Below are positions 30,129-40,954 of a stretch of DNA of 64,000 bases, one piece after another. The notes beneath the pieces were generated by a model. The model was not told the origin of the DNA. It ran no database searches and saw only the letters and a program-made list of their open reading frames with translations. The stretch is from Spirulina sp. (GTDB lineage: Bacteria; Cyanobacteriota; Cyanobacteriia; Phormidesmidales; Phormidesmidaceae), in NCBI GenBank assembly GCA_044070495.1, contig JBIPSI010000021.1, positions 26,833-90,832 on the forward strand, given 5' to 3'. The stretch's first letter is position 1, and each line of letters begins with the position of its first letter. Both the position numbers and the translations under genes were made by a program.

Positions 30129-31382
30129 CTAGTCTAGGTCACCCAGGGCCTTGGCCACGGTGTTCACGTCCTTATCGCCCCGGCCAGAGGAGTTGATCAC
30201 AATGCGGGGGTTGCCCGATAGCTGGGGGCACAGGGTTTCCAGGTAGGCGAAGGCGTGGGCGGTTTCGAGGGCGGGGATGATGCCCTCTAGGCGAGAGACC
30301 CGCTGGAAGGCATCGAGAGCCTCCTGGTCGGTGACGCTGTAATACTCCGCCCGTCCGGCATCCTTGAGGAAGCTGTGTTCGGGGCCAACACCGGGGTAGT
30401 CTAGCCCCGCGCTGATGGAGTGGGCTTCGATCACTTGGCCATCGGTGTCTTGCAGCAGGTAGCTCATGGCCCCGTGCAGCACACCCACCCGTCCTGCGGT
30501 GAGCGTCGCCGCGTGTTTGCCACTGTCTACCCCACTACCCGCCGCCTCAATGCCGATCATCCGCACGCTGGCATCGTGAATGAACTCATTGAACAGGCCC
30601 ATGGCGTTGGAGCCGCCGCCCACACAGGCGATCAGAATATCCGGCAAGCCGCCCCATTTCTCCTGGCACTGGGCGCGGGTTTCTTCGCCGATGATGGCAT
30701 GGAAATCGCGCACCATCATCGGGTAGGGGTGGGGGCCAGCCACGGAACCGAGGATGTAGTGGGTGGTTTCTACGTTCGTTACCCAGTCGCGGATGGCCTC
30801 GGAGGTGGCGTCCTTGAGGGTGCCTGTGCCAGCGGCCACGCCCCGCACCTCGGCCCCCATCAGCCGCATCCGAAACACGTTTAGCGCCTGCCGCTCCATG
30901 TCGTGGACACCCATATAGATGACGCACTGAAGGCCAAAGCGGGCGCAAACCGTGGCGGTGGCTACCCCGTGCTGTCCGGCCCCGGTTTCGGCGATGATGC
31001 GCTGTTTGCCCATGCGCTTGGCCAGCAACACCTGGGCCAGGGCGTTGTTGATCTTGTGCGCCCCAGTGTGGTTGAGGTCTTCCCGCTTCAGGTAAATATC
31101 GGGGCCTTGGCCATCGGGGCGGCGATAGTGGGCGGTGAGCCGTTCGGCAAAATACAGCGGGCTGGGGCGACCCACATAGTCGGCCAGGAGACCGTCCAGT
31201 TCCGCCTTGAACCCCGCCTCATCCTTGTAGCGATAGAAAGCCTCCTCCAGTTCGCTGAGGGCGGGCATTAGGGTTTCGGGCACATACTTGCCACCAAACG
31301 GGCCAAAACGGCCCAGGGCATCGGGACGGGGCGCATCGATGGAAGCGGCGGACTGGCGGGGGGAAAGCGGCGTTTGGGTCAC
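30129..31382 (-). CDS. trpB: Tryptophan synthase beta
   Basis: [37 protein letters not shown]. Confidence 0.97.
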   Translation of the reverse strand: MTQTPLSPRQSAASIDAPRPDALGRFGPFGGKYVPETLMPALSELEEAFYRYKDEAGFKAELDGLLADYVGRPSPLYFAERLTAHYRRPDGQGPDIYLKREDLNHTGAHKINNALAQVLLAKRMGKQRIIAETGAGQHGVATATVCARFGLQCVIYMGVHDMERQALNVFRMRLMGAEVRGVAAGTGTLKDATSEAIRDWVTNVETTHYILGSVAGPHPYPMMVRDFHAIIGEETRAQCQEKWGGLPDILIACVGGGSNAMGLFNEFIHDASVRMIGIEAAGSGVDSGKHAATLTAGRVGVLHGAMSYLLQDTDGQVIEAHSISAGLDYPGVGPEHSFLKDAGRAEYYSVTDQEALDAFQRVSRLEGIIPALETAHAFAYLETLCPQLSGNPRIVINSSGRGDKDVNTVAKALGDLD

Positions 31383-31687
31383 AGGAAATGCAGGATGAAG
31401 GGCAGAGAGTAGCCCCCATTATAAGGAATGGGATTACCCTGAGGCTAGGGATAGCGGCGCATTGCTACACCATTGCCATTGGGATGCCAGGGTTGTGACT
31501 CCCCGCCTAATTTGAGATGATGCAGCGAGTCTGCCCTAATCCACCAACCAGGTCACGACTGCCATACAGGTTGAGATAAGAACTTAAGTCAGATACACCA
31601 GAGGCAACTTTGAGCTAAAAGCAAGGCCATGCTGGGAGATGCGAAGATGGCTATAGTAAACAAAGATCCGAAGGAGGCATCTGGCCA

Positions 31688-31972
31688 ATGAGTGACCTAA
31701 CAGTAAGCCTAAGTCTACCAAGGGATTTACTAGGAACCTTAGATGTTTCCGAATCACAATTAGCTGACCAAATCCTAGAGCTTTTGGCCCTGGAGTTGTT
31801 TCGTCAAGGGCGCATTTCTACGGGCAAGGGAGCGGAGTTACTCAGAATTTCCAAGGCAGATTTTATCCATCTTTTAGACCGTCACCAAATTCCCTATTTC
31901 ACCATCACTTCAGCGGAATTAGAAATGGAGGTCGCCACCGTAGAGGCATTACTCAAACCATCAGGTCGATGA
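31688..31972 (+). CDS. UPF0175 family putative antitoxin
   Basis: LALELFRQGRISTGKGAELL; overlaps the downstream PIN gene (ATGA). Confidence 0.85.
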   Translation: MSDLTVSLSLPRDLLGTLDVSESQLADQILELLALELFRQGRISTGKGAELLRISKADFIHLLDRHQIPYFTITSAELEMEVATVEALLKPSGR

Positions 31973-32454
31973 TTGTTGTCTCTAATGCTGGGCCACTCAT
32001 TGCCTTAGCCAGGATTGATCATTTAGCCCTAATTCAAGGTCTCTATGGCAACGTACTGATTCCGAGGGCCGTTGAACAGGAGGTCGTTGGTATGGGCTTC
32101 AATCGCCCTGGAGCTAGGGAAATCAGCACCGCAACCTGGATTCAAGTCGCCGACGTATCCGATTCCATTGCGGTTAGTCTTTTACGAGAACGGCTAGATG
32201 CAGGCGAGAGTGCGGCGATTGTCCTGGCCCTTGAACAACAGGCTGACCTATTACTTATGGATGAAGCCAGAGGACGACGCATGGCCCAATCCAAAAACCT
32301 CGCCCATACTGGAACGGTAGGAATTTTGGTGCTAGCCAAGCGTCAGGGGTTACTCAATGCCGTTACGCCTGCCCTAGATCAGCTCATCACCACTGGATTT
32401 AGGATGAATGATGACTTGAGAGAAACCGCCCAAAAGCTCGCTGGCGAATCGTGA
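31969..32454 (+). CDS. DUF3368 PIN-domain putative toxin
   Basis: MIVVSNAGPLIAL, LDAGESAAI, LLMDEARGR, GTVGIL. Confidence 0.88.
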   Translation: MIVVSNAGPLIALARIDHLALIQGLYGNVLIPRAVEQEVVGMGFNRPGAREISTATWIQVADVSDSIAVSLLRERLDAGESAAIVLALEQQADLLLMDEARGRRMAQSKNLAHTGTVGILVLAKRQGLLNAVTPALDQLITTGFRMNDDLRETAQKLAGES

Positions 32455-32537
32455 CGGCTGCGCCTTGGGCGAATTGGGATGGGTAGATGAGCAGGGTGAA
32501 CCATCCACAGGGCCGCTGGGGATTTAAACTAGAGTTA

Positions 32538-32914
32538 GGAAGGAGTTGGCGAGGTGGTTGCGGGTTGGCTACGGCTGGCCTGAGGAAAGTCCGGGCTCCC
32601 GAAAGACCAGACTTGCTGGGTAACGCCCAGTGCGGGTGACCGTGAGGAGAGTGCCACAGAAACATACCGCCGATGGCCTTGGGGTGTCTCCAGGCACAGG
32701 TAAGGGTGCAAGGGTGCGGTAAGAGCGCACCAGCAGCATCGAGAGGTGCTGGCTCGGTAAACCCCGGTTGGGAGCAAGGTCGAAGGGGCAAGGGTTGGTC
32801 TTTTTCCTGTCCCGTCTTTGCGTACCGCATGAGGCGGCTGGTAACAGTCGTCCCAGATAGATAACCGCCCCCCGGCAACGGGGAACAGAACCCGGCTTAT
32901 GTCCGACTCCTTCC
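32538..32914 (+). ncRNA. rnpB: RNase P RNA (class A)
   Basis: GAGGAAAGTCCGGGCT, AGTGCCACAGAAA, AGAACCCGGCTTA; P1 stem GGAAGGAGTTGG/CCGACTCCTTCC. Confidence 0.97.
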
Positions 32915-32927
32915 CGTTTTTTAGGAT

Positions 32928-33629
32928 ATGTCTTCGGTGCCTTCCCATTCGCTTCAGCGGTGTTTGCAAAAGTTGGGTTTACCTGCGGATTTGGAGGTGA
33001 ACTGGGAGCGGCTGGATCTGGCCCTCACCCACGAATCTGCCAACGCCACGGACAACTACGAGCAGTTGGAACTGCTGGGGGATGCGGTGCTGCGGCTGGC
33101 GGCGACGGAATGTTTGCAGGAGAGTTTTCCGGGTGCCTCAGTGGGGGATTTATCAGCGTTGAGATCCCAATTAATTAGTGACCGCACCCTGGCCCAGTTG
33201 GCGGCTCGTTTGGGTCTGGATGCCTATCTGATTACCGACCCCAGCCTGAAAACCAAGGGCGTGCCCACCCAGCGGTTGGCCGACGCCCTAGAGGCGGTGG
33301 TGGCGGTGATTTACCTGGAAACCCACGACCTTAAGCTCATTCGCCCTTGGTTAGATCCCCACTTTCGTCGCTTGGCCCACAGTCTGCAAAACGACCCTAG
33401 CCGCAAAAACTACAAGGATCTGCTGCAACAGATCACCCAAAAACGCCATCGCGCCCTGCCCGAATACCGCACCACCGAACCCGGTCGTGAGAATGATCCC
33501 CAGCGCTACCGGGCCGATGTTTGGTTCCAAGACCGCTGCCTAGGCACAGGCCATGGCCCCACCAAAAAACAGGCGGAACAGGCCGCCGCCGCCCTCGCCT
33601 ACGAAGCCTTAACCCCTGAGGAGCCATAG
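32928..33629 (+). CDS. rnc: Ribonuclease III
   Basis: EQLELLGDAVL, ADALEA, NYKDLLQ and dsRBD G.G.TKKQAEQ. Confidence 0.9.
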   Translation: MSSVPSHSLQRCLQKLGLPADLEVNWERLDLALTHESANATDNYEQLELLGDAVLRLAATECLQESFPGASVGDLSALRSQLISDRTLAQLAARLGLDAYLITDPSLKTKGVPTQRLADALEAVVAVIYLETHDLKLIRPWLDPHFRRLAHSLQNDPSRKNYKDLLQQITQKRHRALPEYRTTEPGRENDPQRYRADVWFQDRCLGTGHGPTKKQAEQAAAALAYEALTPEEP

Positions 33630-33683
33630 CTGGCCTCCAGGGGTTTGATCCTCCTAAGGACGAGGGAAAGGACAACTGTTTTA

Positions 33684-33833
33684 CCTGGCTGACGAACGCA
33701 ACGCCAAAAAGCATTGATCTCTAGTAGGTTGGGTAGCGCGATAGCAGAACCCAACAAGCCCGAAATCCCCGGTGAGTGTTGGGTTCCGCTTCGCTGCACC
33801 CAACCTACTTTGGAGAGGTGTCAAGCAGTCAGG
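33684..33833. repeat. ~150-bp REPIN/MITE-like element, copy 1
   Basis: Inverted GTAGGTTGGGT...ACCCAAC / GTTGGGT...ACCCAACCTAC core; flanks shared with 44219-44368. Confidence 0.8.
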
Positions 33834-33837
33834 TATT

Positions 33838-36279
33838 TTACCCCAAATCGGTGACCACAATGCCGGGGAGGGCATTGAGTTCCTGATCGCTGAGGGGGTC
33901 GCCGCCGTAGATAGAGGCCATCCGGGCCAAGGCTCCGGTGAAGGCCGCATTGTAGTCTAGGGCCACTTCGTTGGTGAAGTAGTTGCTGCGGACATCTTCA
34001 TAGGCGAAGTCGTTGGGGGCCGAGAGACCACCCACCAGACCGCCATAGAGGATGTGGTCGTTGGGGGCGGGGTCGTTGATGTTAGTGGTGCCGGAGGCGG
34101 CGCGATGGTGGGGGTTGAGCGGATAGTTTTCGCCAAAGCCAATCATGTAGCTGGCGTTGCGCGGATTATCTCCCAACATGTAGTTGATTTGGCTAGTGGC
34201 AAAGACATCGTACCGACCGTTGGGATCGTTGACGGTATCGGCATAGACCCCAGCTAAGAAGGCGGTGTTGGCGGCATAGCGCAGGGAACCCCATTCGCTC
34301 AGCCATGCCAGCCCCCCTTGGGTGTAGCGCACGCTGCCCCCCGGTAGCCAGCTATTCAGCCAGGTTTCTACGTCGGTGCGGTAGCGGCTGTCATTGGTTT
34401 CCTGGGCCAGCAAAATCGCGGTGCCGTAGGACTTGTCATCCCAGGATTGCGTCCAGCCGGGGCCAATGCCTCGATACTCGGCTTGGGCCTTGGCCAGATA
34501 GCTGGTATCGGTGGAACCCTTGGCTTCTAGGGCTTTGTGTAGCCAGGTGGCCCCCCAGGCCAGTTCGTCTTGGTAGCCGCTCCAGGAATTGTAGTACTGG
34601 GCGCTGGCCGGAATGGAACTGGAGTAGGTGCCCCGGTAGGTATCGGCGAAGGTATAGAGCTGTTGGGCGTTGGTGAGCAGGGTGTCGGCATAGCCCGCAT
34701 CCACCGACCGAAACAGGATGGAGGCCGAAGCCAGGGCCGCTGCCGCCTCTGCCGCCAAATCACTGCCGGGACGGTTGGGGGTGATGGCAAAGGCGGGTCG
34801 CGCCATGGTCATATTTTCTGGGGCACCCCAATAGCTGTGGTCGAGGGCACCATCTCCCACCTGCCCCCAAAAGGCCTGGGTGACACCATTTTGGCTGACA
34901 TGGGCCTTGAGGATGTAATCCGTGCCCCACTTAATCGCCTCCAGGGCTTCATCCAACTGACCCATTTGGGCATAGGCATCGCCATATTCCACCACGCCCC
35001 AGCCCAGCATCGTCATAGAAGCCGCCATGGGGAGGCCAAATTTCACATGGTCGCCCGCATCGTAGTAACCACCGCTGAGATCGCGCCCCACGCTGGCTCC
35101 GTCGTTGAGGGCCGAGTCTCCCCGCCAGGCAATGCGGTTGTCGTCCGGCAGTGCGCCAGACCGTTGGGCCTCATAGAACAGGAAAGACTTTTGCAACGCC
35201 TCACCATAGTTAAACGGCCCGGACATCTCAGGCCCAGGGGCGGGGTCGGGAATAGGATCTGGAGTCGGGTCAGGTGTGGGATCCGGAATAGGATCTGGAG
35301 TCGGGTCAGGCGTCGGGTCAGGCGTCGGGTCAGGAATGGGATCTGGGGTGGGTTCGGGCGTTGGATCAGGCGTCGGTTCGGGGGGCGGTTCTACTACGCC
35401 ACCGGACTGACCCACGGTGACACCATTTAACTCATAGCTTGTCGGCGCTACGGCCTCGCCATTGAGCCTCGTAGCCTGCACGCCAAAGGTAACTTTGCCC
35501 CCCGCTGGAATGGTTTGGTTCCAGCCCAGGTTTTCTACGGTAATGCCGTCTTGGGTGCTGAGTAGCTTGGCATTCCAGATATTGTCAACGCGGAAATTGG
35601 CATCAAAGGCTAGCGTCCAGCCCGAAATGGCCGTATTGCCCAAATTCTCGATCACAATATTGGCGACAAAGCCCGATCCCCAGTCGTTATCGATGTCGAA
35701 GTTAACCGTCACCGCTGGGCCAGGCGCTGGCGCTGGCGTGGGCGCAGGGGTTGGATCTGGCGTGGGCGCAGGGGTTGGATCTGGCTCTGGTGTAGGTTCC
35801 GGTTCTGGCGGCGGCTCTGGAGTGGGTTCTGGTTCAGGTGTAGGCTCCGGTTCAGGTGTAGGTTCCGGATCAGGTGTAGGTTCAGGATCAGGTGTAGGCT
35901 CAGGAGTAGGCTCCGGCTCAGGAGTAGGCTCCGGTTCTGGAGCGGGTTCCGGTGCTGGCGTGGGAGTCCCCGCTACGGGTACACCATTTAAAGTGAGATT
36001 GAAAGGGGACACCGTGACCCCAGGGGAATTTTGGCCATTAAAGCCAAAGGTAATGCTCTGCCCAGGGGCCAACCCGCCATTCCAGACAGCATTGGTAATC
36101 ACAAAGCTCCCGTTCGTCCCCTGCTGAAGCGTGGCGCTCCACAGGTTGGTAATTTGAAAGGGCGCATCAAAGGCAAGTTCCCACTGGGTCAGGGGTTCAG
36201 TACCGAGGTTGGTGATCGTTACGTCGGCGGTAAAGCCTGTCCCCCAGTCGTTTCTAATAATAAATTTCACTGATGGCAT
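33838..36279 (-). CDS. GH9 endoglucanase with two CBM2 domains and Pro/Thr/Glu linkers
   Basis: NDWGTGF..W..NLW CBM2 x2; [32 protein letters not shown]. Confidence 0.93.
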   Translation of the reverse strand: MPSVKFIIRNDWGTGFTADVTITNLGTEPLTQWELAFDAPFQITNLWSATLQQGTNGSFVITNAVWNGGLAPGQSITFGFNGQNSPGVTVSPFNLTLNGVPVAGTPTPAPEPAPEPEPTPEPEPTPEPTPDPEPTPDPEPTPEPEPTPEPEPTPEPPPEPEPTPEPDPTPAPTPDPTPAPTPAPAPGPAVTVNFDIDNDWGSGFVANIVIENLGNTAISGWTLAFDANFRVDNIWNAKLLSTQDGITVENLGWNQTIPAGGKVTFGVQATRLNGEAVAPTSYELNGVTVGQSGGVVEPPPEPTPDPTPEPTPDPIPDPTPDPTPDPTPDPIPDPTPDPTPDPIPDPAPGPEMSGPFNYGEALQKSFLFYEAQRSGALPDDNRIAWRGDSALNDGASVGRDLSGGYYDAGDHVKFGLPMAASMTMLGWGVVEYGDAYAQMGQLDEALEAIKWGTDYILKAHVSQNGVTQAFWGQVGDGALDHSYWGAPENMTMARPAFAITPNRPGSDLAAEAAAALASASILFRSVDAGYADTLLTNAQQLYTFADTYRGTYSSSIPASAQYYNSWSGYQDELAWGATWLHKALEAKGSTDTSYLAKAQAEYRGIGPGWTQSWDDKSYGTAILLAQETNDSRYRTDVETWLNSWLPGGSVRYTQGGLAWLSEWGSLRYAANTAFLAGVYADTVNDPNGRYDVFATSQINYMLGDNPRNASYMIGFGENYPLNPHHRAASGTTNINDPAPNDHILYGGLVGGLSAPNDFAYEDVRSNYFTNEVALDYNAAFTGALARMASIYGGDPLSDQELNALPGIVVTDLG

Positions 36280-36422
36280 GGTGTTTAATTTCCCAAGTCA
36301 AGTTAAAGACGCGCTGAAAATCCTGCACTCGCGCTACTATCTGTTGCTCGTGTGACGCTTTTGACATAGAAGACGTTCCATACTTCAGGAGTTTTATGGA
36401 TAATCCGGAGCATTAACCCTGA

Positions 36423-36587
36423 GAGGATATTTGGAAACAGCGCCCAGAACCCGTTGCCAGGACATACGGAATGGCGTTGACCACCTCATACCGGTCAACT
36501 GTGTTCGCTACTCTGAGCCTAATACCGAGGAAGCCTTTTCTGCGATTCGGGTCGCTGTATGCTCATTAATACTTTCCTAAGATCCTC
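36423..36587. mobile_element. Degenerate IS5-family MITE
   Basis: Ends GAGGATATTTGGAAA / TTTCCTAAGATCCTC resemble the IS5 end at 63862; flanked by TGA/TAA (imperfect TSD). Confidence 0.5.
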
Positions 36588-36596
36588 TAAGACTCC

Positions 36597-37228
36597 CTAG
36601 GTTTGGCTATGGGCCGCAAACACATCCCGAAATGGCCCCAGGAATTTTCGTTCTGGCGACCAATCGCTAATGGCAAACACAACGTCGGAGAAAGCTCCGC
36701 TGTAGGTGGTTTCTAGGGCCTGCCGAAAGTCCATCGCGGTACGGTGGGGATCAATCGACAGAGCACTTCCTCCTGTGCCCTGGCTCCATTCAGAAAGCCG
36801 CCGCCCGGAGTGAGTCCGTTGGCAAAATTTAGGGCCAGGGGTCGCAATCCACGCTCTACCAGCCGTTGGGATGCGCCCAGCGTGGTCTCATTGGTGACTT
36901 GGATGTGAGTTTCCTGGAATGAGGCTTGCCCCTGACTTGGCAAGGTTGCCTCTGGGGGAATGCTGATTTTGGCTGCACAGGCCGCTTGCACCGCTTCGCG
37001 CCAATCAATGGTTTGTCTGGCCTGAGTCCTATAAAACCCGGTGCGGGCTGCTTCTGCCGCCGACCTTCCTAGGCTGGCGGCAACCTTCCTAGGAAGGGTT
37101 AACTCCTGCTGTCGAGTGGCGGCCATCCATTCGGAATCGAGACAAGGATGTATACGCACTGTGCTCACCATTCTTCTGGGTATTTCCATGGTTCCATTAG
37201 CCGTCGAGTGCAGACTCTGGTGGGTCAA
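36597..37228 (-). pseudogene. TIGR02452/DUF2263 (bacterial PARG-like) pseudogene with an internal deletion and frameshift
   Basis: LNFANGLTPGGGFLNGARAQEEVLCR switches near 36755 to another frame reading DPHRTAMDFRQALE..FSDVVFAISDWSPERKFLGPFRDVF..*. Confidence 0.8.
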
Positions 37229-40200
37229 TCGCAGACTTGCCGGATATCGTCGCTGAGATCGGGATGGTGGGTGAGGTAGTCTTGCACCCAGTCGCAGGCA
37301 TAGGCTAAGGGATCGACCGTCATCACCGCTTCTAGATCCCAGCGAATCAGCCGTTCGTCGGCACTAGCGGAAAACAGCCATCGGCCATCGGGGCTAAAGC
37401 TAAGGCGATACACCGCCGCATTGTGTTTATCCAGGATGGCGATGGGGTCGCCCGTCAACGTCCAGAGCCGGATGCTTTTGTCGCCCCCAGCGGAGGCCAA
37501 AAACGGCACCCCCAGGATCGCATCAGCCGCCGGGGGAGCAAAGGTGACATCCCAAATAATATCGGTGTGCCCTTCTAGCACAGCGACCTCCTCTCCCCGA
37601 TCCGCATCCCACAGGCGCACGGTGCGATCTTCGCTGGCGGAGGCCAGGTAACGGCCCTCGGCATCAAAGGCTAGGTCGCGAATGTGGGCGGTATGGCCTA
37701 CCAAGGTTTGTTGGAGGCTGTTGGTGGCCGGATCTAGAAATTGGATGGCGTTGTCGGCGTTGCTGTAGGCCAATAGAGACCGCTGGGGATGCCAGACCAG
37801 GCTGGAGATTCCCAGGCGATCCGCACCAGAAGGCTGACGATCTTGGCCATCGAGCTGCCAAACCTGAAGATTCGACTGCATCCCCGCCGAGGCAATGGTC
37901 TGCCCATCGGGGGAGAAGGTGACTCGCGCCACGTTGGGCTGGTGCCCTGGGTAGGTGAGGAGGGGGGTGCCATCGGGTTGCCAGAGCCGAATGGTGCCGT
38001 CCATGCTGGCGGAGGAGAGGATTTGGCCATCGGGGCTAAACACCACATCGATGGCGGGGGCACGGTGGGCCGGAATGGCGGCTAACGGCGTGCCGTCCGT
38101 CTGCCACAGTTTAACCTGGCCATCCACCCCGGAGGAGGCCAGCAGATCCGCTGTGGGGCTGTGGGCCACCCCAATAATCGGCGCATCGTGGCTACCGATG
38201 ACGTTATAAAAGGGGGATGCGATCCGCCAAAGGATGGCCTCGTGGTTATCGGGCAGGCCCGACGACACCATAAATTCTCCATCGGGGCTGAGGTCAATGG
38301 AGCGTCCGGCGGCGGCAATGCCTTCGTAGGCAGGCAGAGACTCGCCGTTGCGCTGCCAAAACCGCACCTCATGGTCAAGACTGGTGGACACAAGCCGTTG
38401 CCCATCGGCGAGGTAGCGCACATGGGTCACCGAGGACTGGTGCCCTTCCAAACGGGTGATGATCTGCCCCGCCCGATCCCAGAGCACAATGGTTTTGTCG
38501 GAACTGGCGGAGGCCATTTGATCGCCATCGGGGCTGAACGTAACATGGGCCACGGTGGCGCGATGGCCGCTGAGGGTATTGAGCAATCGGCCCTCGGTGG
38601 GATGCCACACCTTGAGGGTTTGGTCGGCACTGCCAGAGACCAGCACCTCCCCATCGGGGCTGAAGGCGACTGTTCTAATCATGGCATCGTGGGCCTTGAT
38701 GTGGTGGAGCAGGGTGCCATCCCGCCGCCAAAGCTGGAGGTTGCCCCGGATATCCCCCGCCGCCACCCGTTCCCCATCGGGACTAAAGGCCAAGCTCAAC
38801 ACCCGATTCGCTCCGGTTTCCCAGGTCTCTAGCAGATCCCCGCTGCTGGTATCCCAAAGCTTAATGGCCCCGTTAACATAGCCCGCCGCCAGTTGATCCC
38901 CCGTGGGGCTATAGGCGATGCTCAACGCCTCCTGATCAGCCTCGCTGTCGTCCGGGGTGGCCAGGGTGTGGCCCAGGGAACCATCGGGATTCCAGAGCTT
39001 GATGGTGTTGTCTTTGCTGGTGGAGGCGATTTGGCTACCGTCGGGGCTGTAGGCCACGGCTCGAATTTCCCCGCTGTGACCAGAGAAGCGGTTGACCTCG
39101 TTGATGCCCAAAATAATTTTCTTCAGCACCCGCTCAACCTCGGCTTGCAGGGCGGGGTCGGGCTGGCGCAGACGGGCCAATTGTCGCTGGGCACGGATGG
39201 CTTGCAGCAGGGCATCCAATCGATTTTTGGAGTCGAACCAGCCCTCAGCGGAGGCGGAGAGGGCCTTAACCTCACTGCTTCGGGCCATCTGCTCACTCTG
39301 GCTAGCCCGCCCAGACTGGTACCAGGCCAAGCTGCCTAGCCCACTGGCCAGCACAAACCCAATGCCTAGGGTGCCTAGCAGCCACCGTTGCAGGTGCGTC
39401 ACCCGCTGGGCCTGCTGGAGTTGGGCCGCCATGGCTTGGCTGCGTTCTGCAGCGAGGGCCAGCCGCATAGCCTGACGATCAAACTCCACCGAGGCGGCTA
39501 GAAACTGATAGTCATCATCGCTGAGCCGCTTTCCCTGCGCCCAATCCTGGGCATCTTGCAGGGCTTGGCCCCGCAGCAACCGCGAGGCATCGGTGCGCTG
39601 AGAATCAATCCAGGCTTGGATGGCCTGGGAATAGGGCCGCCAGTGGTTCAGATGGTGGGCCACCCAGGCTTCATCGAAAATGGCTGAGTAAATGGCGTTT
39701 TTAACCCGCAAATGCCCCTCCGCCTTCACCACCAGGCCCGACAGCAGCAACTCCGTTTCCTCCGCCGATTGGTCGAGGGGCACTTGGCCCTGCTGTAGGA
39801 TGCGCTGGTATTGGCCCAGCACCCGACCCATGCCGTCGGTGTGGCGCAGCAGGCGGTCGCGGATGGTGCGAAGGTGCTCCGGTTCGTCCTGGGTTTCCCA
39901 GTGGTTAATAATGTGATCCAACACCCGTTGGCGCACCCAGTCGGCCTCCTGCCCCGCTGGCACCGCAATCTGGCTCCCCTGATCCGCATGGAGCTGCCAG
40001 ATGTAGGCACACAGCTTTTGGGTAAGAAAGGGCTGTCCCCCGGTCCAGTCGAGGATGGCCTGCAAAATGGCCTCGGCCTGGGTAATGGCGGGTTCTAGAC
40101 CCGCTAGGAGCGGCCCACATTCTGACCCTTCAAAGCCATTGAGAGGAATGGCCTGCCCGATGTTGAACGGTGTGCGCTGGCGATCCTGAATTAAATCGGC

Positions 40201-40794
40201 GGGGGTGGCCACGCCAAAAATCGCAAAGGTGATCCGCCGATACCTAGGATCCACCGCCCGCTGGTTGTAGCAGAACCGAATCAGGGCAAAGAAGTCATCC
40301 AGGGAAAAATCCACCCCCAGAATGCTGTCGATTTCGTCGATGAAGATAATAAAAGTTTGGTCGGGGCAGGGTTCCAGCAGTCCCTCTCGCAAAAAGCCGT
40401 GGAGCTTTTGCACCGGAGGCACATCGCCCTGGTTCTGCCACCAGGTTTTGTAGTCAAACTGCCCAACCAGGCCAAACCCCCGCCACAGATCCGCCACCAC
40501 GCCGCGATACCACTGGGCCGCCGTCACCTGGTGAGACCCAAGGCTGGTGATGTCTAGGGTGGCGCAGCGATAGCCCTCAGTCTCTAGCCGCCGCAGGGTG
40601 TGCACCATCAGGGAGGACTTGCCCATCTGACGGCTGTTGAGGACGTAGCAAAATTCCCCAGCGATCAGCGCTTGGTAAAGCTGGGCATCCGCCTGACGGT
40701 AGACATAGCTGGGCCGATCTGGACTGAGACTTCCCCCAACTTGGTAGGGCGGCAGTGGGCTAAGGGAGGAGGGGGGGAGGGGGAGGCTTTTCAC
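37225..40794 (-). CDS. AAA_35 (STAND-like) NTPase with TM segment and WD40 repeats
   Basis: YQVGGSL, LNSRQMGKSS, IFIDEID, WTGGQPFLTQ; many GH...W(D/N) WD40 repeats. Confidence 0.9.
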   Translation of the reverse strand: MKSLPLPPSSLSPLPPYQVGGSLSPDRPSYVYRQADAQLYQALIAGEFCYVLNSRQMGKSSLMVHTLRRLETEGYRCATLDITSLGSHQVTAAQWYRGVVADLWRGFGLVGQFDYKTWWQNQGDVPPVQKLHGFLREGLLEPCPDQTFIIFIDEIDSILGVDFSLDDFFALIRFCYNQRAVDPRYRRITFAIFGVATPADLIQDRQRTPFNIGQAIPLNGFEGSECGPLLAGLEPAITQAEAILQAILDWTGGQPFLTQKLCAYIWQLHADQGSQIAVPAGQEADWVRQRVLDHIINHWETQDEPEHLRTIRDRLLRHTDGMGRVLGQYQRILQQGQVPLDQSAEETELLLSGLVVKAEGHLRVKNAIYSAIFDEAWVAHHLNHWRPYSQAIQAWIDSQRTDASRLLRGQALQDAQDWAQGKRLSDDDYQFLAASVEFDRQAMRLALAAERSQAMAAQLQQAQRVTHLQRWLLGTLGIGFVLASGLGSLAWYQSGRASQSEQMARSSEVKALSASAEGWFDSKNRLDALLQAIRAQRQLARLRQPDPALQAEVERVLKKIILGINEVNRFSGHSGEIRAVAYSPDGSQIASTSKDNTIKLWNPDGSLGHTLATPDDSEADQEALSIAYSPTGDQLAAGYVNGAIKLWDTSSGDLLETWETGANRVLSLAFSPDGERVAAGDIRGNLQLWRRDGTLLHHIKAHDAMIRTVAFSPDGEVLVSGSADQTLKVWHPTEGRLLNTLSGHRATVAHVTFSPDGDQMASASSDKTIVLWDRAGQIITRLEGHQSSVTHVRYLADGQRLVSTSLDHEVRFWQRNGESLPAYEGIAAAGRSIDLSPDGEFMVSSGLPDNHEAILWRIASPFYNVIGSHDAPIIGVAHSPTADLLASSGVDGQVKLWQTDGTPLAAIPAHRAPAIDVVFSPDGQILSSASMDGTIRLWQPDGTPLLTYPGHQPNVARVTFSPDGQTIASAGMQSNLQVWQLDGQDRQPSGADRLGISSLVWHPQRSLLAYSNADNAIQFLDPATNSLQQTLVGHTAHIRDLAFDAEGRYLASASEDRTVRLWDADRGEEVAVLEGHTDIIWDVTFAPPAADAILGVPFLASAGGDKSIRLWTLTGDPIAILDKHNAAVYRLSFSPDGRWLFSASADERLIRWDLEAVMTVDPLAYACDWVQDYLTHHPDLSDDIRQVCD

Positions 40795-40954
40795 GGTGAG
40801 CTTGGCCGCAACTGGGCCGAAATGGGAGGGGCTGGTGATTGGTTATTGGTGATTGGTGATTAGTTGGTGGTGGTTAGTTACTGATGATTGTTTGTTGGGA
40901 GAGGCAGGTTACTCGGAGGTTCTAACTGTGCTGGTTATTCGACGGTTCTAACGT

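Noticed and set aside
32399..32969. ORFs of 159, 144 and 63 aa
   Set aside because: They lie over the RNase P RNA gene
35230..35965. Short tandem repeats in the GH9 gene
   Set aside because: Ordinary Pro/Thr/Glu linkers of modular cellulases
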